Program-made: the position numbers and the translations under genes | Notes under the pieces: generated by a model | The model's input: only the letters and a program-made list of their open reading frames with translations | Databases searched by the model: none | Told to the model about the DNA's origin: nothing | NCBI GenBank assembly: GCA_030265395.1 | Contig: JARFYF010000094.1 | Coordinates: 15,975,103-16,039,102, forward strand | DNA length: 64,000 nucleotides | From: Rhina ancylostomus | Lineage: Eukaryota | Direction of reading: 5' to 3' | In this document: positions 25,315-38,914 of the stretch, in pieces | Layout: every line of letters begins with the position of its first letter | Numbering within the stretch: the stretch's first letter is position 1

Positions 25315-25450
25315 ACAAAGCAAAGCACTGCAAATGCTGGAGTTCTGCAACATTATTAGAAAATGCTGGGAGACTCAACAGATCTATCTTTCCCTTCACA
25401 GAATTTGCCTGACCTGAGGAGGACTTCAAGAATGTTCTGTTTTTGTTCCA
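25315..25450. mobile_element. PLE inverted pLTR pair, decayed
   Basis: ctgcaaatgctggag...aaatgctgggagactcaacag followed by the opposite-orientation cacagaatttgcctgacctg...gttctgtttttg. Confidence 0.55.
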
Positions 25451-26945
25451 GTCCCTTCAGGGCTGTGTGAAATCCTCTTCAATGCCAAGGACTGAGATGA
25501 GATTTCCTTTTCTCCAAACAGGTCTTCATGAATTGGGCTAAGTACAAACTGAGGCAGGGCATGGATAAATATCTTTGAACATGAGATAAATATGTTGCTC
25601 TTCTCCAGCTACAGGCAATTTTTAAAAAAAATATATACATTTGAATATGAAACCAGCCGTATGTGAACCTGAACTTAAAACACAAGGATATTGCTCCTTT
25701 ATTAGTAGCAGTTTTATTCAAATTGGATGAGGCTAATTTATTCCCATGCTTTCTCAGTGTCGTGTACCTCCCATATGTCTGTGCTTAGAAGTTGGTGCTC
25801 TGTGCTCCACTTTCAGATGGGCTCAGTTACCTGTGGTGAGGAGTAGCATGTTACCTTCATGAAATATTTNNNNNNNNNNNNNNNNNNNNNNNNAGCCATT
25901 GTAGCTTTAACATTCTGGATAGTGGAATATACTGTATCATCTGATTTATATGCTGGAGTTTATAACTGGCTGCACAGTCCAAAATATTCAGGAAGATCAG
26001 TACATGAGTGAAAGCTACGTAAATATTTCTTCAGAGTCCAAGGTCAGTATCATATGTATCATGCCTTGGTGATTATTTATGTCATTTTTCCTCTCTCATG
26101 ATGCTCGGGTTGCAAGAATTAGGGTGCAGACATTGAAGTTTGTGGCTGCTAGAGAAAGGTTAACATAAATGTTCAGTAATATACCATTTTTGATACTTCA
26201 ATAAGAATAGCTATCGTATAATTGACATATTATTGATAGTCAATGTTTTTCATCACAAACAAAGAATGGAACATGGAGTCTGAATATATATCAAAGCTGT
26301 ATTTGAATGTCTTTTTTAAATTCCATTGTCGAATAAATACAATAGCTTTGTTTTGTTCAGGGTTTGATTTATTTGTTTCATTGTTTTAGCCTTTACTACC
26401 TACTCAGTACAATTGTTTGTTGGCCTTAAGTCAGCCAAACTTGTAAGACTGAATTCAAGTAAATAATCTGCAAATAATTAATAGCTATCAAATCTTATTG
26501 CATTTGATGTGTCGGAAAATATGTATTTCAATAAATTACCTCACATTGAGGACTCAGGATCTTGTTAAAACAACTCTGGTAATATGCTGCTCATTCCATC
26601 CTGATAGAGGCAATGGGATTTTGTACAAATCAAAACAAAAATCTATATAAATCTGTTGGTGTAAATCAATGCAGCAGAGGGACAGCTGGTCAGGCTTTTG
26701 TGCTCATCTCTGAAACCTGCAAACTTCTGATTCCAGGAGTGCCATCAACAGAAACATAAGTGAGGAAATGGCACTTGGTACTGATAATTAACAATGGTGA
26801 CAGATCAAAATGAAAAGATATCTGGGAAGGCACTGTGAAACTCGAATATCTTTGGGAGCCTGCAGAAGTCCAGCAGAAATGGCAGGAGTGCATTGTTACC
26901 AATGTATCCACCCACCCCATCGGACACCATATGCCCATCAATGGT

Positions 26946-27225
26946 AGAATTAGAATCAGACTTATTGTAACTGACTAATATGGCATGAAATTTGTTGTTT
27001 TGCAGCAGCAGTACAGTGCGAAGACATACAATTGCCATAAATTAAAATACTAAATAAATAGTGCAAAAGAAAGGTATAACAAGATGGTGTTCATGGATTG
27101 TTCAGGAATCTGATGGCTGAAGGGAAGAAGCTGTTCCTGAATCATTGAGTGAGGGTCCCCAGTGGTAGTTACAAGAAGTGGGGATGTCCTGGATGCTGTG
27201 GGGCCTTTGTGATGGATGACGCTCA
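26946..27225 (-). mobile_element. Rex1/Babar 3' fragment (second subfamily)
   Basis: gaatcagacttattg...catgaaatttgttgttttg...aaatagtgcaaaag...ttcaggaatctgatggc...aagaagctgttcctga; same 3' end as 59160-59333. Confidence 0.75.
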
Positions 27226-28169
27226 CAATGATCTCCCATTGCCCTCATCAGCCACCTCAAAAGCCATAGAACTGGAGTAGAAACAAGTAATTTTTAATAT
27301 TGAGGGACTCTCCAAGAAGAATTAATAAATGTGTTGTGTACATCATAATTTTGTGTAGAAATCTCCATGTATGTCAAAGCAGAGGAGTTAGTAGTCAAAC
27401 CACAATCAATAATAGCCAGATAGATTCAGCAGCCTCAAACTACCTACATTACCTTCTACTACGTTAGCGAAAGACTCATTCAAAAAAAGATTTGTTTTGT
27501 CTTTTAACTGGGAAACCTATTTGGATTGCATAAAATAAAAACAGAAAATGCTGTAAGTGCTCAGCAAATCAAACAACACCTGTGGAAAAGTGTGTCAAAG
27601 ACTCAAGTTGATGATCTTTCTTCAAGTTGAAGCAGTCGGAGATTTAATACTTAAGAGCAGGAGTCTGATGAGGTCGATCTCAATTTGAGGCTGGAAGACT
27701 GTAAACAGTTTAATTTAAGGATGCATACTCTTCCATCGGATTACAATATTGTTGATTTTTATCCCATTTCAGCTTGTATGTAATGCTCACTCTTAAGTAT
27801 GATTAGAGCAGCCAGCGGTTTATCTCTTCCTTTTCTTCTGTAGTCTCTGTGTTTGAGCTCAGCTCCGATTGATGAGATGAAGTATGCTTACTTTGTGCAC
27901 TCTGCTCTTTAACTCATTTATATGAGATGAGGTTGAACAGCTTTCTAGCAGGCTCAAAATAGCCATAATATTTTGCAAAGTCATCACTTGGAGAAGCATG
28001 GCTGGTGTGGGGAAACAAAAGTTTTGGGTGCATTAATGGGTGCTTTTTAAAACTAATCCTCTGCAATTAAAATACCTCACCAAATCTCAAAATACTCTGT
28101 TATCACTAGTTGCAAAGCTGCAAAATGGGAAGTACTTAGTTGCTCATCACTGCCGAGATCAGCAATTAA

Positions 28170-28600
28170 AATGGATGAACAGTTTTAATGATCAGATTGC
28201 TAACATTGTGAAAACATGCAGGTAACGTAGGTAAATAGAGAGTTAAATGGTCTTTGTTACAAAGGGAGTGGAGTACTGGAACAAGAAGTCCTTCTTCAAT
28301 TGATCAGGGCTTTGGGAAGATGATGCCTGAAGTTTTGGTCTCTTTATTTAAGGAAGGCTATACTTGAGCAGAACATGGAAAATTTCCCAGGTATGTCCAA
28401 TCTGACACATTACTGCCCAATCACTCTACTCTCAATTATTAGTAAAGTGATGCAAGCTGTCATTAAGTGTGCTACCAAGCAGCACAAACTCAACAATAAC
28501 CTACTCAGTGATTCCAGAATTGAGCAGAGTTGCTCAAGGAGAAAATTTGAGCAGATGGGGGTCAAACTCACTTGAGTTTATAAACCAAGAGACGTGATTG
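28170..28600 (+). mobile_element. Old CR1 ORF2 fragment interrupted by an inverted templated insert
   Basis: ggagtggagtac (GVEY), ttttggtctctttatttaaggaagg (FWSLYLRK), resuming as ttgagcagatggggg...cttgagttta after 28545. Confidence 0.65.
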
Positions 28601-28609
28601 TTTTATTTC

Positions 28610-30438
28610 TTTTTCATCTTTTGGGATCTAGACATCAACGGCAAAGCTGGCATTTATTATCNNNNNNNNNNNNNNNNNNNNNNNNNNNNNNNNNNNNNNN
28701 NNNNNNNNNNNNNNNNNNNNNNNNNNNNNNNNNNNNNNNNNNNNNNNNNNNNNNNNNNNNNTCTATCCCTTATTGTCCTTGAGAAGGTAGTGGTGAGCTG
28801 CCTCCTTGAACCACTGAAGTCCTTCTGGGGAAGGTAGTGTCACAGTGCTGTTTGGGTAGGGAGTTCCAGGATTTAGATCCAGCAGCTGGTGATTTATTTC
28901 CAAGTCAGGATGTTGGTGTGGAACTTGCAACTGATGGTGTTCTGATGTGACTTTTGCTAATGTCCATCATTAGTTTGGGAGATGATGTTGGAATAGCCTG
29001 TGTGAGCAACTGCAGTCCAATTTGAGGATGGTGCACACTGCAGTCACAGTGTGTGGCGGTACAGAGAATAAATGTTCAGGGTGGTGGATGGGGTGCCAAT
29101 CAATTGAGTTGCTATGTCATAGATGGTGTTGAGCTTCTTGAGATATGTTGAGCTTCTTGAGATATGTTGAAGCTGCACTCATCAAGGCAAGTGGGGAGTA
29201 TTCCATCATACTCTTGTGCCATGTAGCGGGTGGAAAGATTTTAGTGTGTCAGGAGGTGACCCACTCTCCATAGAATAAGGCCACTGAACTGCTCTTATGG
29301 ATATGGTAATTATGTTGCTGCTACAGCTGAGTTTCTGATGAATAGTGACCCCAAGGATGTTGATGGTGGGAGAGTTGACAACGGTATTCTATGTCAAGGG
29401 CAGGTGGTCAAATTCTTTGTTTTGCTGGAGATGGTCATTGCACGGTGCCTTTGTGGCAAGAATGTTACTTGCCACTTCACAGTCCATACATGAATATTGT
29501 CCAAGTTTCCCTGCATGTACATTTGAGCTGCTTCATTTGCCTGGGAGTTATGAATGGACTTGAACATTATGCAGTCATCAGTCAACATCCTCACTTCTCA
29601 CGGGGATAAGGTCATTCATGAAGCAGCTGAAGATGTTGGGCGAAGGACATTACCCTGGGAACCCCCTGCAGTGATTTCCTGGGACTGACATGACTGACCT
29701 CCAGCAACTACAGCCATCACCCTTTGCACAAGGACGGACTCTATCCATTGAAGTGTTTTCCTTTGGTATCCATTGGATTTAAGTTTTACCAAGGCTCCTT
29801 AATGCCAGACATGGTCCATTGCTGCAATGATGCCAAGAGCAGTCACTCTCTGCTCAGTTCTGGAACTCTTTTCTTTGGTTCATGTTTGAACCAAGGCTAT
29901 GATGGGCTCTGGAGCTGAGTAGTCACGGAAAAACTCATACTGGGAATCACTGAGTAGGTTATTGTTGAGTTTGTGCCACTTGGTAGCACGTTTAATGACA
30001 GCTTGCATCACTTCGTTAATGATTGAGAGTAGAGTGATATGGCAGTAATGTGTCAGATTGGACATACCTGGGAAATTTTCCACATTGGTGGGTAGATGCC
30101 AGTGTTGCAAGTGTACTAAAACCACTTGCTAGTGGCACAGCTGATTCCTGAATGTAGACCTTCAGTACTACGGGCAGGATGTTGTTTGGTCACCACAACT
30201 TGAATTCATTACTCCCAGCCATTTCTTGATATCACATCAGTTGAATCGAATTGCCTGGAGACTGGCTTTTATGATCTCAGGAGGAAGCTGAGATGGATCA
30301 TTGATTCTGTACTTCTGGCTTAATATGGTGTGAGTGATTCAGCCTTGTCTTTGGAAAGCCTTGTCTGGGCTTCGTTATTTTCACGGAGGGGTATGTTCTT
30401 GGACCCCCCCCCCCACACCACCTGTTAGTTGTTTAATT
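28610..30438 (-). mobile_element. CR1/L2-group LINE, RT and 3' end, decayed
   Basis: HYCHITLLSIINEVMQAVI..NNLLSDSQYEF (RT domain 0-2), MLTDDCIMF (decayed FADD), QGNLDNIHVWTVKWQVTF; 3' tail aataaatgccagc. Confidence 0.85.
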
Positions 30439-32524
30439 NNNNNNNNNNNNNNNNNNNNNNNNNNNNNNNNNNNNNNNNNNNNNNNNNNNNNNNNNNNNNN
30501 NNNNNNNNNNNNNNNNNNNNNNNNNNNNNNNNNNNNNNNNNNNNNNNNNNNNNNNNNNNNNNNNNNNNNNNNNNNNNNNNNNNNNNNNNNNNNNNNNNNN
30601 NNNNNNNNNNNNNNNNNNNNNNNNNNNNNNNNNNNNNNNNNNNNNNNNNNNNNNNNNNNNNNNNNNNNNNNNNNNNNNNNNNNNNNNNNNNNNNNNNNNN
30701 NNNNNNNNNNNNNNNNNNNNNNNNNNNNNNNNNNNNNNNNNNNNNNNNNNNNNNNNNNNNNNNNNNNNNNNNNNNNNNNNNNNNNNNNNNNNNNNNNNNN
30801 NNNNNNNNNNNNNNNNNNNNNNNNNNNNGCAGCAATTTTGGTATTCCTATTGTTACTCCCAGTTGTCCTTACTCACCCTGCCTTGAACTGACTAGTTGTT
30901 TTTTTACCAAATTCCAGATTATTGACTGAATTTCATGGTGGGATTTGCATTCATGTCTTTGGATTACTGGTTAGTAAATTAACCACTGTATCCATATTAC
31001 GACTATGATGGAACTAGAAATAAATGGTATGAGAATGTTTGCCCTGTGGGGCAGAGTGTAGAACTACGAGGCAAGTTCTTAATATGAGGTAGACCACGTA
31101 ATATTGAGATGATGAGGATGTTCTTCTCTCGGGATTGTGTACCTTGGGAATTCTCTGCCCTAACTTCCCCTCTGATGCTGTAATTCCTGATTTCTATCTG
31201 AGTAGGGTAAAACACAAGGGAGGGCAAAAATTGAGTTAATAATTCTTTGCACACAGATTTAATGCACTGCCCCCTTTAACTTTAAATATTACTTGCACGT
31301 ATAATTCTCTCTGATTCCTAGATGGTTTTAAACACCTCTCTACCTGGTGATGACTCATGAGTCTATTCAGATACATTCAGGGGATCAATCCTGTTAGCAG
31401 GTTCTTGGCAAGTTATCATAGTTTGTCCCAATGACTGCTTTATGATACAAAAATCATACCTGTGGTGAATTTATTGACTCCACCCATCCCATTTGATTGT
31501 TCCACCTTTATCTTATTAGATTGTTGTAAGGTGATGAATTAGTTGATTTGGTGAACTGGTCCATTGTCATTAAGAAACATACTGTTTGATATCTGACCAT
31601 TATCAAAGCAAAAATCCACCTAATTGTGTGATTGATACATAACTGTCTTTCCAAAATAGCCTAACAAGCCAGACTTCAAGGGCAAATGGGGATGGGCAAT
31701 AAATCCTGTCTTTTCTAGNNNNNNNNNNNGGCTCATGAATAAATTTTTTTTAAAAATCAAGGTGCTTCCCGACATAAGTTTTTTTTTAATCACAACACCA
31801 GAATCACCTTATTATGTTGGCTGCTAATTCTGCAGGAATTCATCTTGGGTAACTTGAATTCAGTACGATTATCTCATTGGCTTAATCTGATGAATCATCT
31901 ACAGAAGAGACAAAAAAAAAACCTAATTTGGCAGATCAGTCTCTCACAGATAGTTACTTGTCAGTTGGCCTGGCTGCTGAACTCTCATATATTTCACAAT
32001 GAATTAAATTTAGAGCAAAAAGTGGACCTTAAACTTACTATCTAAGCTACAGAATATATATGCCAGATTGGTAAAGATCAAAAATAGATGAATATTTTCA
32101 TTAACATTTTCTGAGAAATCAAAAAGAAGCAGGATTTTAGATGTTTATCTTTTCCTTAAACCGGATTCTTGGCTCCTTCAGTTTGAAACCTATCCAGCTA
32201 CAGAGGTCATTCAGTTGTTAGAAAAATACGTCAAATGGATTCCATAAGTAGATTCTTACAGTGGATGTTTCTTTTGTGATCTTGACATTATGGGCATGCC
32301 ACTGGAACATATTGTTTTGTTCTCCTGATTGTGAATAATCCATTTGCTCCTACCAATCCCAGTGCAAGAACTGTAGTTTTCTAGCAATGTTATCAAGAAC
32401 ATTTGTATCCATAAATTAAGTCTGAACATGGATGTTTGGTGCACTCATAGTACTAGTTGCAGTATTCCAGGAAGCAAATCCCATTCTTGGATGGAATTTA
32501 GGTGACAACGCATACCTGCAAATT

Positions 32525-34200
32525 ACAAAAAAAAACTGCAGATGCTGGAATTCTGAAATAAAAAGCAGAAAATACTGAACAGGTCAGGCAGCATCTGTGC
32601 AGAGAGGAACAAAGTAAATGATTGAGGTTAATGCTTCATCAGAACGAGGACAAATTAGAAATCCAGGATGTTTTAAGTTGCAGAGAAGTAGGAAGGGTGT
32701 AGCGAGCAAAGGGAATGTCACTAATAGGGTGGAAACGAAGAGAATGAGGCAAAAAGTGGTGGTGCCAGCAGAGAGAAGGTGGAGAAGACTTGTTAATCAC
32801 AGCTGATCTGTCTGGAGGAGATGCAAATAGAATGAGAAGGAAGAGAACAGAAGAGAGGGGAAAAACTGCTGGAACTATGAAATACAAAACACTGCAGCTG
32901 CTGAAAATTTAGAATGTATAAGAGAATGCAGAAATACCTAGCAGGTCAGGCAGCATTTGTGGAAAGACTACAATGGTTAATGTTCTTTCATTGGAACTGG
33001 TCAATTCTGACAAAAACTGCTGCTTATCTGAAACTGTGGAGTCCAGTGTTGAGTCCTGGGGCTGTGCCTAGTCAGAAGATGACACTGTGTTAAGCTTGTG
33101 GGGACAGTGCCAAAGACCACTTTGACTTTGTACTTCTAGTTCAGTGTACTGCAGTGTTCACAATGTAGTTTCTTCTAGATTGGAGAAACCAAACACAATT
33201 TGATGATCACTTTGCAGAACACCTCTTTTCCGTCCACTTAGGCGACTAGAAGCTCAGGGTCACCAGTGATGATAATTTTTTTCTCACTCGCACTCTTCCT
33301 CTCTTTGGTCTCTTGCGCTATTCTAATGAAGTCTGTTGTAAGCTTGGGGAAGAGCATCCCATCCTCTACCCTGGCATTCTGTAGCCGTCAGGATTCTCAG
33401 GGTGGCACAGTGCTGAAGCAGTTTGTGATTCATTTCATCTGGAAGCTCTGGCTTCCACCCACATCACAAAGATGTACTGGTTGGTAAGTCATTTGCTTCT
33501 GCAATAACCCTGAGTGTAGGTGGGTGGCAGGGGAACCAAAGGGATATTGATGGACATGTAAGAGAGGGAAATGAGTGGGGGAATGGTATTGGTAAAATTG
33601 TGTTGAAAGCCAACAAAAACTTGATACGCAGAATGGTCTCCGATGTTATGAAGATTCAACATTAAATTCAACAATTTCAGCTAACTAGCCTTTCCATTTT
33701 ATGTCAGGACTGGCCAGCTCTAATGAAAATTTGCAATATTATCTCTGTTTTTCCTTCTCCACAATTTCTGGCTAACTGGCTGGATATTTCCATTATTTTC
33801 AAATTTCCGGTAAATGCACTTTTTGCTAATAGTTCCAGGATTAATTTTTTCTCTCCCCTGACTTCATTCACCTCTTTCTATTTGTACCTTCAGAAAATGA
33901 GTTGCAGTTAACCACCTTTTACCACCATCTCTCAATTGCCGTGACCACTTCATGAAGAACAAAATAATTGCTGGTGCTGTAACTCCGAAATAAAAACAAA
34001 ATGCTGGAAATACTCAAAACAGCCATTCCGCAGGACCATCTTTATACCTCTTTTGTGTTGTTCATTCTCTGCTGGTCTTTACCCTATCACATTAATTCAC
34101 TTAAATCATGCTTGATTTAGAAATTACTGCTTCTGATGAAACATCATCAACTCGAAATGTTAACTCTGTATTTCCTACCCCAGATGCTGCCTGACCATGC
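32525..34200. mobile_element. Penelope-like element remnant with GIY-YIG endonuclease fragment and multiple pLTR pieces
   Basis: 33135-33235 (+) encodes decayed VYC..CSQC.F..IGETK...DHFAEHL; C-terminal attcaacattaaattcaacaatttcag (FNIKFNNF) at ~33655-33680; pLTRs at 32535-32645 (-), 32890-32995 (-) and 34130-34197 (+, CTGATGA..GAAA). Confidence 0.72.
33398..33652 (+). mobile_element. V-SINE nested in the Penelope ORF end
   Basis: agggtggcacagtgctg head, ctctggcttccacccacatcacaaagatgtactggttggtaag V-domain; possible GATTC duplication at both junctions. Confidence 0.65.
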
Positions 34201-35364
34201 TGGTTCTGTTTGGCTCCTGACCTGTGTTGTTCTGGGTGATGACCCCAAACTGAGTCCCCTCAAGATGAATAATGATACAGGGGCAACTAAATTGGCTGCT
34301 CATTGAGAGCTGATGGGTGTTTGAGGGCAGGATGGTTTCACGACACAGCCACCAGCAACAGCACAGTCCAGCATTATCTATTGGTGCATATAAAACCCAA
34401 AACTCTGCGAGAGTTTGAATTTACACGATGCATTTCTGATGTAGACTAAATGAGATGATATACCTGTAAATTAAATTTGACGTTAAAGGGAATGATATGC
34501 TTTTCATTATGAGTGTCAGATGAGCCTTATGTAACTCAGATTCTGGGTATGAGTAGAGTTAATTTATCTGCTTGCTATTTGTATCCCCACAGAAATTCAG
34601 TACATGTAATGTAAAATTGCACCTAACCCAGAATTTGTTACCATGGTGATATTGTCGGCAAAGGCATGAATTAGGTGCTCCCCTATCCTCCAGTAGCAAA
34701 TCTGCATCACAATTTTCTGGAAAATTAATTAAAAACGCACTATTGCAAATGTAATGACAGATCAGGAGCAGCCCAGCCAGTGTCTAATGCTTATCGAATG
34801 GGACCTGATGCAGAATGGAACAATGTGTAAGCTATGGCTTTGTGACTTGCACTCTCGTGTCTGAATTAGAAGGATGAGAGTTCATTTGATGGTTGGTTCT
34901 AGCTCTCCAGCACTGAGGGAATTTGTACTGTTGTAATTGCTGTATTTTTTTTAGCGTAATGTTGAATCAATACCCTCACCTAGAAAGTCATCTGCATTGG
35001 TTTTCTGATGCTAAATGGCATTATTATCCTCCCTGTGCTGTTTTGAAAAGCTCTTTGAAAAAAAAATGTTCCTGCTTTTTAAAAATGATACTGCCTGGGT
35101 CCCCTTGTGTAACACTATTCTCTTTCAGAAACTGTGGGTGTTACAAGTCAAGTTTTTCACATATTGCCACATCTCTGACCTTCAGCCCTTAAAGAATAAC
35201 TCCACGGTACAAGCTGCACTCTTCCAGGTATTGGGGAGTATTTGGAAAGAATTAATGCATGATCCGATGATGGATATTGTGGGGAAGAGGAATCTGTGCT
35301 GGCTGCTGAACTAACAGTGCACACAAGAGATACCATATGCAATAGTGTGTCTGGCAAGAGAGTG

Positions 35365-35620
35365 GAATTGGTTTATTATTGTCACATGTACCAAAGTACA
35401 GTGAAAAGCTTGTCTTGTATACCTTTCATACAGATCAATTCATTATACAGTGCATTGAGATAGTACAAGGTAAAACAATACAGAATACCGAGTGAAGTGG
35501 CNNNNNNNNNNNNNNNNNNNNNNNNNNNNNNNNNNNNNNNNNNNNNNNNNNNNNNNNNNNNNNNNNNNNNNNNAGTGTGATACCTATACAGTGCATTGAG
35601 GTAGTACAAGGTAAAACAAT
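35365..35620 (-). mobile_element. Rex1/Babar 3' UTR fragment (gap inside)
   Basis: attggtttattattgtcacatgtacc...acagatcaattcattat, matching 14690-14800 and 37410-37520. Confidence 0.8.
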
Positions 35621-35684
35621 TGTCCTCTCTCAATGCCTGAATTTTGGTGAAACCGGAAATATCTCTTCACCTCTCAGTACTCAG

Positions 35685-36330
35685 GATGGTTAAGAAGGCG
35701 TATGGTGTGCTGGCCTTCATTAGTCGGGGGATTGGGTTCAAGAGCCGCAAGGTAATGTTGCAGCTCTATAAAACTCTGGTTAGACGGCACTTAGAGTACT
35801 GTGTCAAGTTCTGGTCACCTCATTAAAGGAAGGATGTGGAAGCTTTAGAGATGGAGCAGAGGAGATTTACCAGGATGCTGACTGGATTAGCGAATGCGTC
35901 TCATGAGGAAAGGTTGAGCGAGTTTGGGATTTTCTCTTTGGAGCAATGCAGGGTGAGAGGCGACTTGATAGAGGTGTATAAGATTATGAGGAGCATAGAC
36001 AGAGTGGCTAGCTAGCACCTTTTCCCCAGGTTGGCAATGGCCAATACCAGAGGACATCCATTTAAAGTTAGGGGAGGAATGTTCAGGGGAGATGTCAGAG
36101 GTAGGTTCTTTACACAGAGTGGTGGGTGCCTGGACTGCACTGCCAGGGTGGTGGTAGAGGCTGATATGATAGGGACATTTAAAAGACTCTTAGATAGGCA
36201 CATGAAAAATGGAGGGTTATGAGCTGTGCGGGAAGGAAGGGTTAGATTGATCATGGGGGAGGTGTTCATATAGTTCAGCACAACAATGTGGGCTGAAGGG
36301 CCCTTACTATGCTGTACTGTTCTATGTTCT
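35685..36330 (+). mobile_element. 5'-truncated CR1 (HER1-like) LINE
   Basis: VKKAYGVLAFISRGIGFKSRKVMLQLYKTLVRRHLEYCVKFWSPH, NTRGHPFKV; tail ctgttctatgttct; imperfect TSD tactcaggat/tacttaagat. Confidence 0.93.
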
Positions 36331-36829
36331 ACTTAAGATTCATTAAAAATCAAAACCTTCCCATTATGACAGTTGAATTATTTGTGACTTTTGTAATGCA
36401 GCAGTGAGCTATATCAACTGAGGTGCTCTGGAAGGGTCCTGTGGCTAGATTTATGACTGTGACTTTGAGAGCAGTTAAGGCACCTTTTGTGAGTTTATAT
36501 TTTCTAAAGTCATTGATGTGATTGAGGGCCACCTTTTGAAAAGCTAGCCCAAATTGACATTACTGCTGCAAGGAACATTTGATAAGAAGCTGGATCCCTT
36601 TTTAAGTCTTGGGTGCTGCCCCTTTCATTAGATATATTTCTCCTTTCTCATCTGATGAACATGGAGGCACTTCATAATATGTAGGATTTTTTTTATCACC
36701 TTTCTGGGCACTAAGTTTTGATTGGGAATCTACTGTAACCAGCTGGATCAGTTTACTTGAAGTTTGTTTTGCAGAGAATTGTGTGGCATTCTGCCCATTG
36801 ATGTAAGAGAACTGTGCCTATCTTTTTAC

Positions 36830-37160
36830 AAAAAAAATGCAGCTGCAGAACCTTCAGCATTACTAACAGCAGATTTCTCTTCAAGTGAGACCATTTTCTG
36901 GGCCTTGTCTGCTTTCAGGTCGATGACAAAGATCCTAGGAATAATTTTTCATAAATGCAGGAGCATTAACCCTGGTGTCCTGGCCAATATTTACCCCAAC
37001 TCAGCATCAGCAACAGCCAATTATCCAATCATTTTCACGTTATCATTTGTAGGAGTTAACTGTGCAAGATTGACTGCTGCACTTCCAACTTTGACCTTAC
37101 TCCAAAAGTACAACTTTGGCTGTCTAGTGCTTTTGGATGCCCTTAGGTTGTGAATAGGAA
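36830..37160 (+). mobile_element. DeuSINE (SacSINE1-like) Deu domain and tail
   Basis: caggtcgatgacaaagatcc, cctggtgtcctggccaatattta, gtgcaagattgactgctgc, ttggctgtctagtgcttttggatg. Confidence 0.72.
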
Positions 37161-37389
37161 CACAGTTGGTTAAATTAGGCAAATCCAATAAATTAATTTA
37201 AATATATAAACTAATATGAAAACTGGGAGAAGTGGTTAGGTTTAAAGAATTTGTCAAGCACATTCTCCTTTTCCCAAAATTATAAGAGGCCCAGGTGGTA
37301 TGAACAGAAAGGACTTACTTTCCATGGTTGATAACTGGGGTGCATAGATTTAAGATAATTGTTGGAAAGATTAGAGACAAGTTGATTGC

Positions 37390-38040
37390 AAATTGGTAAA
37401 TTGATTTATTGGTAAATTGGTTTATTATTGTCACGTGTACCAAGATACAATGAGAAACTTTGTTTTGCATGCCATCCATACAGATCATTTCATTACAACA
37501 GTGCATTGAGGTAGTACAATGGAAAGCAATAACAGAATGTAGAATGAAGTATTACAGTTAGAGAGAAAAGTGCAGGCAGACAATAATGAGGTAAATTGTG
37601 AGGTCAAGAGTCCATCTTATTGAACTTAGGGGATCATTCATTAGTCTTATAACAGTGGGATACAAGCTGACCCTAAACCTGGAGGTATGTGCTTTCAGTC
37701 TTTTGAATCTTTACCCAATGGGAGGGGAGAGNNNNNNNNNNNNNNNNNNNNNNNNNNNNNNNNNNNNNNNNNNNNNNNNNNNNNNNNNNNNNNNNNNNNN
37801 NNNNNNNNNNNNNNNNNNNNNNNNNNNNNNNNNNNNNNNNNNNNNNNNNNNNNNNNNNNNNNNNNNNNNNNNNNNNNNNNNNNNNNNNNNNNNNNNNGGT
37901 CCCTGACCAAGCCGTGATGCTTTTTATAGTCTTCGATAAAAATTAGTGAGGACCAAAGGGGACATGCCAAATTTCTTTAGCCTCCTGAGGAAGTAGAGGC
38001 ACTGGTGCACTTACTTGGCTGTGACATCTACAAGGTTGGA
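37390..38040 (-). mobile_element. Rex1/Babar 3' fragment
   Basis: Tail ggtaaattg repeats; aaggggacatgccaaatttctttagcctcctgaggaagtagagg (LYFLRRLKKFG). Confidence 0.9.
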
Positions 38041-38914
38041 CCAGAACACTGCTCCCAAAGCATAAGGGAAACTTGCATTTCAAAAATGTGCAGTAACTCA
38101 TTATGCTTACTGCAAAGAGGCTGTGTGCTTTGGATATTAATTATCTTGCAGTCAAATTTGCTCCTGGTGCTGTTAATGGGAACTTTACTAACTGCAAGTA
38201 CTCTAGTCTACCACTTTCCATCTGTGGCTGTAACTGCCAAATTAAGATGTTCAAATGGCCATCTGGTAGAATTCTAGTATTATGTAAGCCAAATGCTTTT
38301 CAAGTACCAATATGATTGAGCTAAATCAGGGGGTTTAAGAAGAACCTTTATACAATCTTAACACATTGGCTAGCTAGCTTATTGCGCAATTGTGATGGAA
38401 GGTGATTTTTTCCCTCTGTAGATGCTACTTTGTGCTTTCAGTTTTTTTTCTGTTTTTGTTTCGATGAGCAAGGTTAATGACCGTATTGGAGGGATGCTTT
38501 TCAATTAACTGATGGGCAATATTTTAAAAAATAAGGTGTTCCTGTTGCTTCTTTTGCAATTGCGACATGCTGATATTTCTGTGTATTAGTCAATTCTCCC
38601 AGTGTAAAGTGGTTTTACCTGACAGTTGCTATTACTTGCAGGAAATATTCACTCAAAAAAATAGTCCTTGCATTTCATATTGGATGAATCCAGGTCCTTG
38701 TATCTAGTAGTGTGAGAAAAGACCATTGAGAATATCAGTGAGATCATATTGCTGGCAACTGAAGATTCTCTGCAGAGCCTGACCTATCCACATGATTTTA
38801 AAGCTGTAATCCGTCCAGGCATATTCAATTTCTGTAAACCACCTTAATGATGTTTTTAAGTACACTCTCACTTTGATGAGCTGTAAATTGTTATGGTTAC
38901 TCTCCATTGACTAT

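Noticed and set aside
29127-29170. 19-bp tandem duplication tgttgagcttcttgagata
   Set aside because: Ordinary slippage duplication inside a dead LINE
35440-35620. Direct repeat within the Rex1 3' UTR
   Set aside because: Flanks an assembly gap; cannot be distinguished from an overlap artefact
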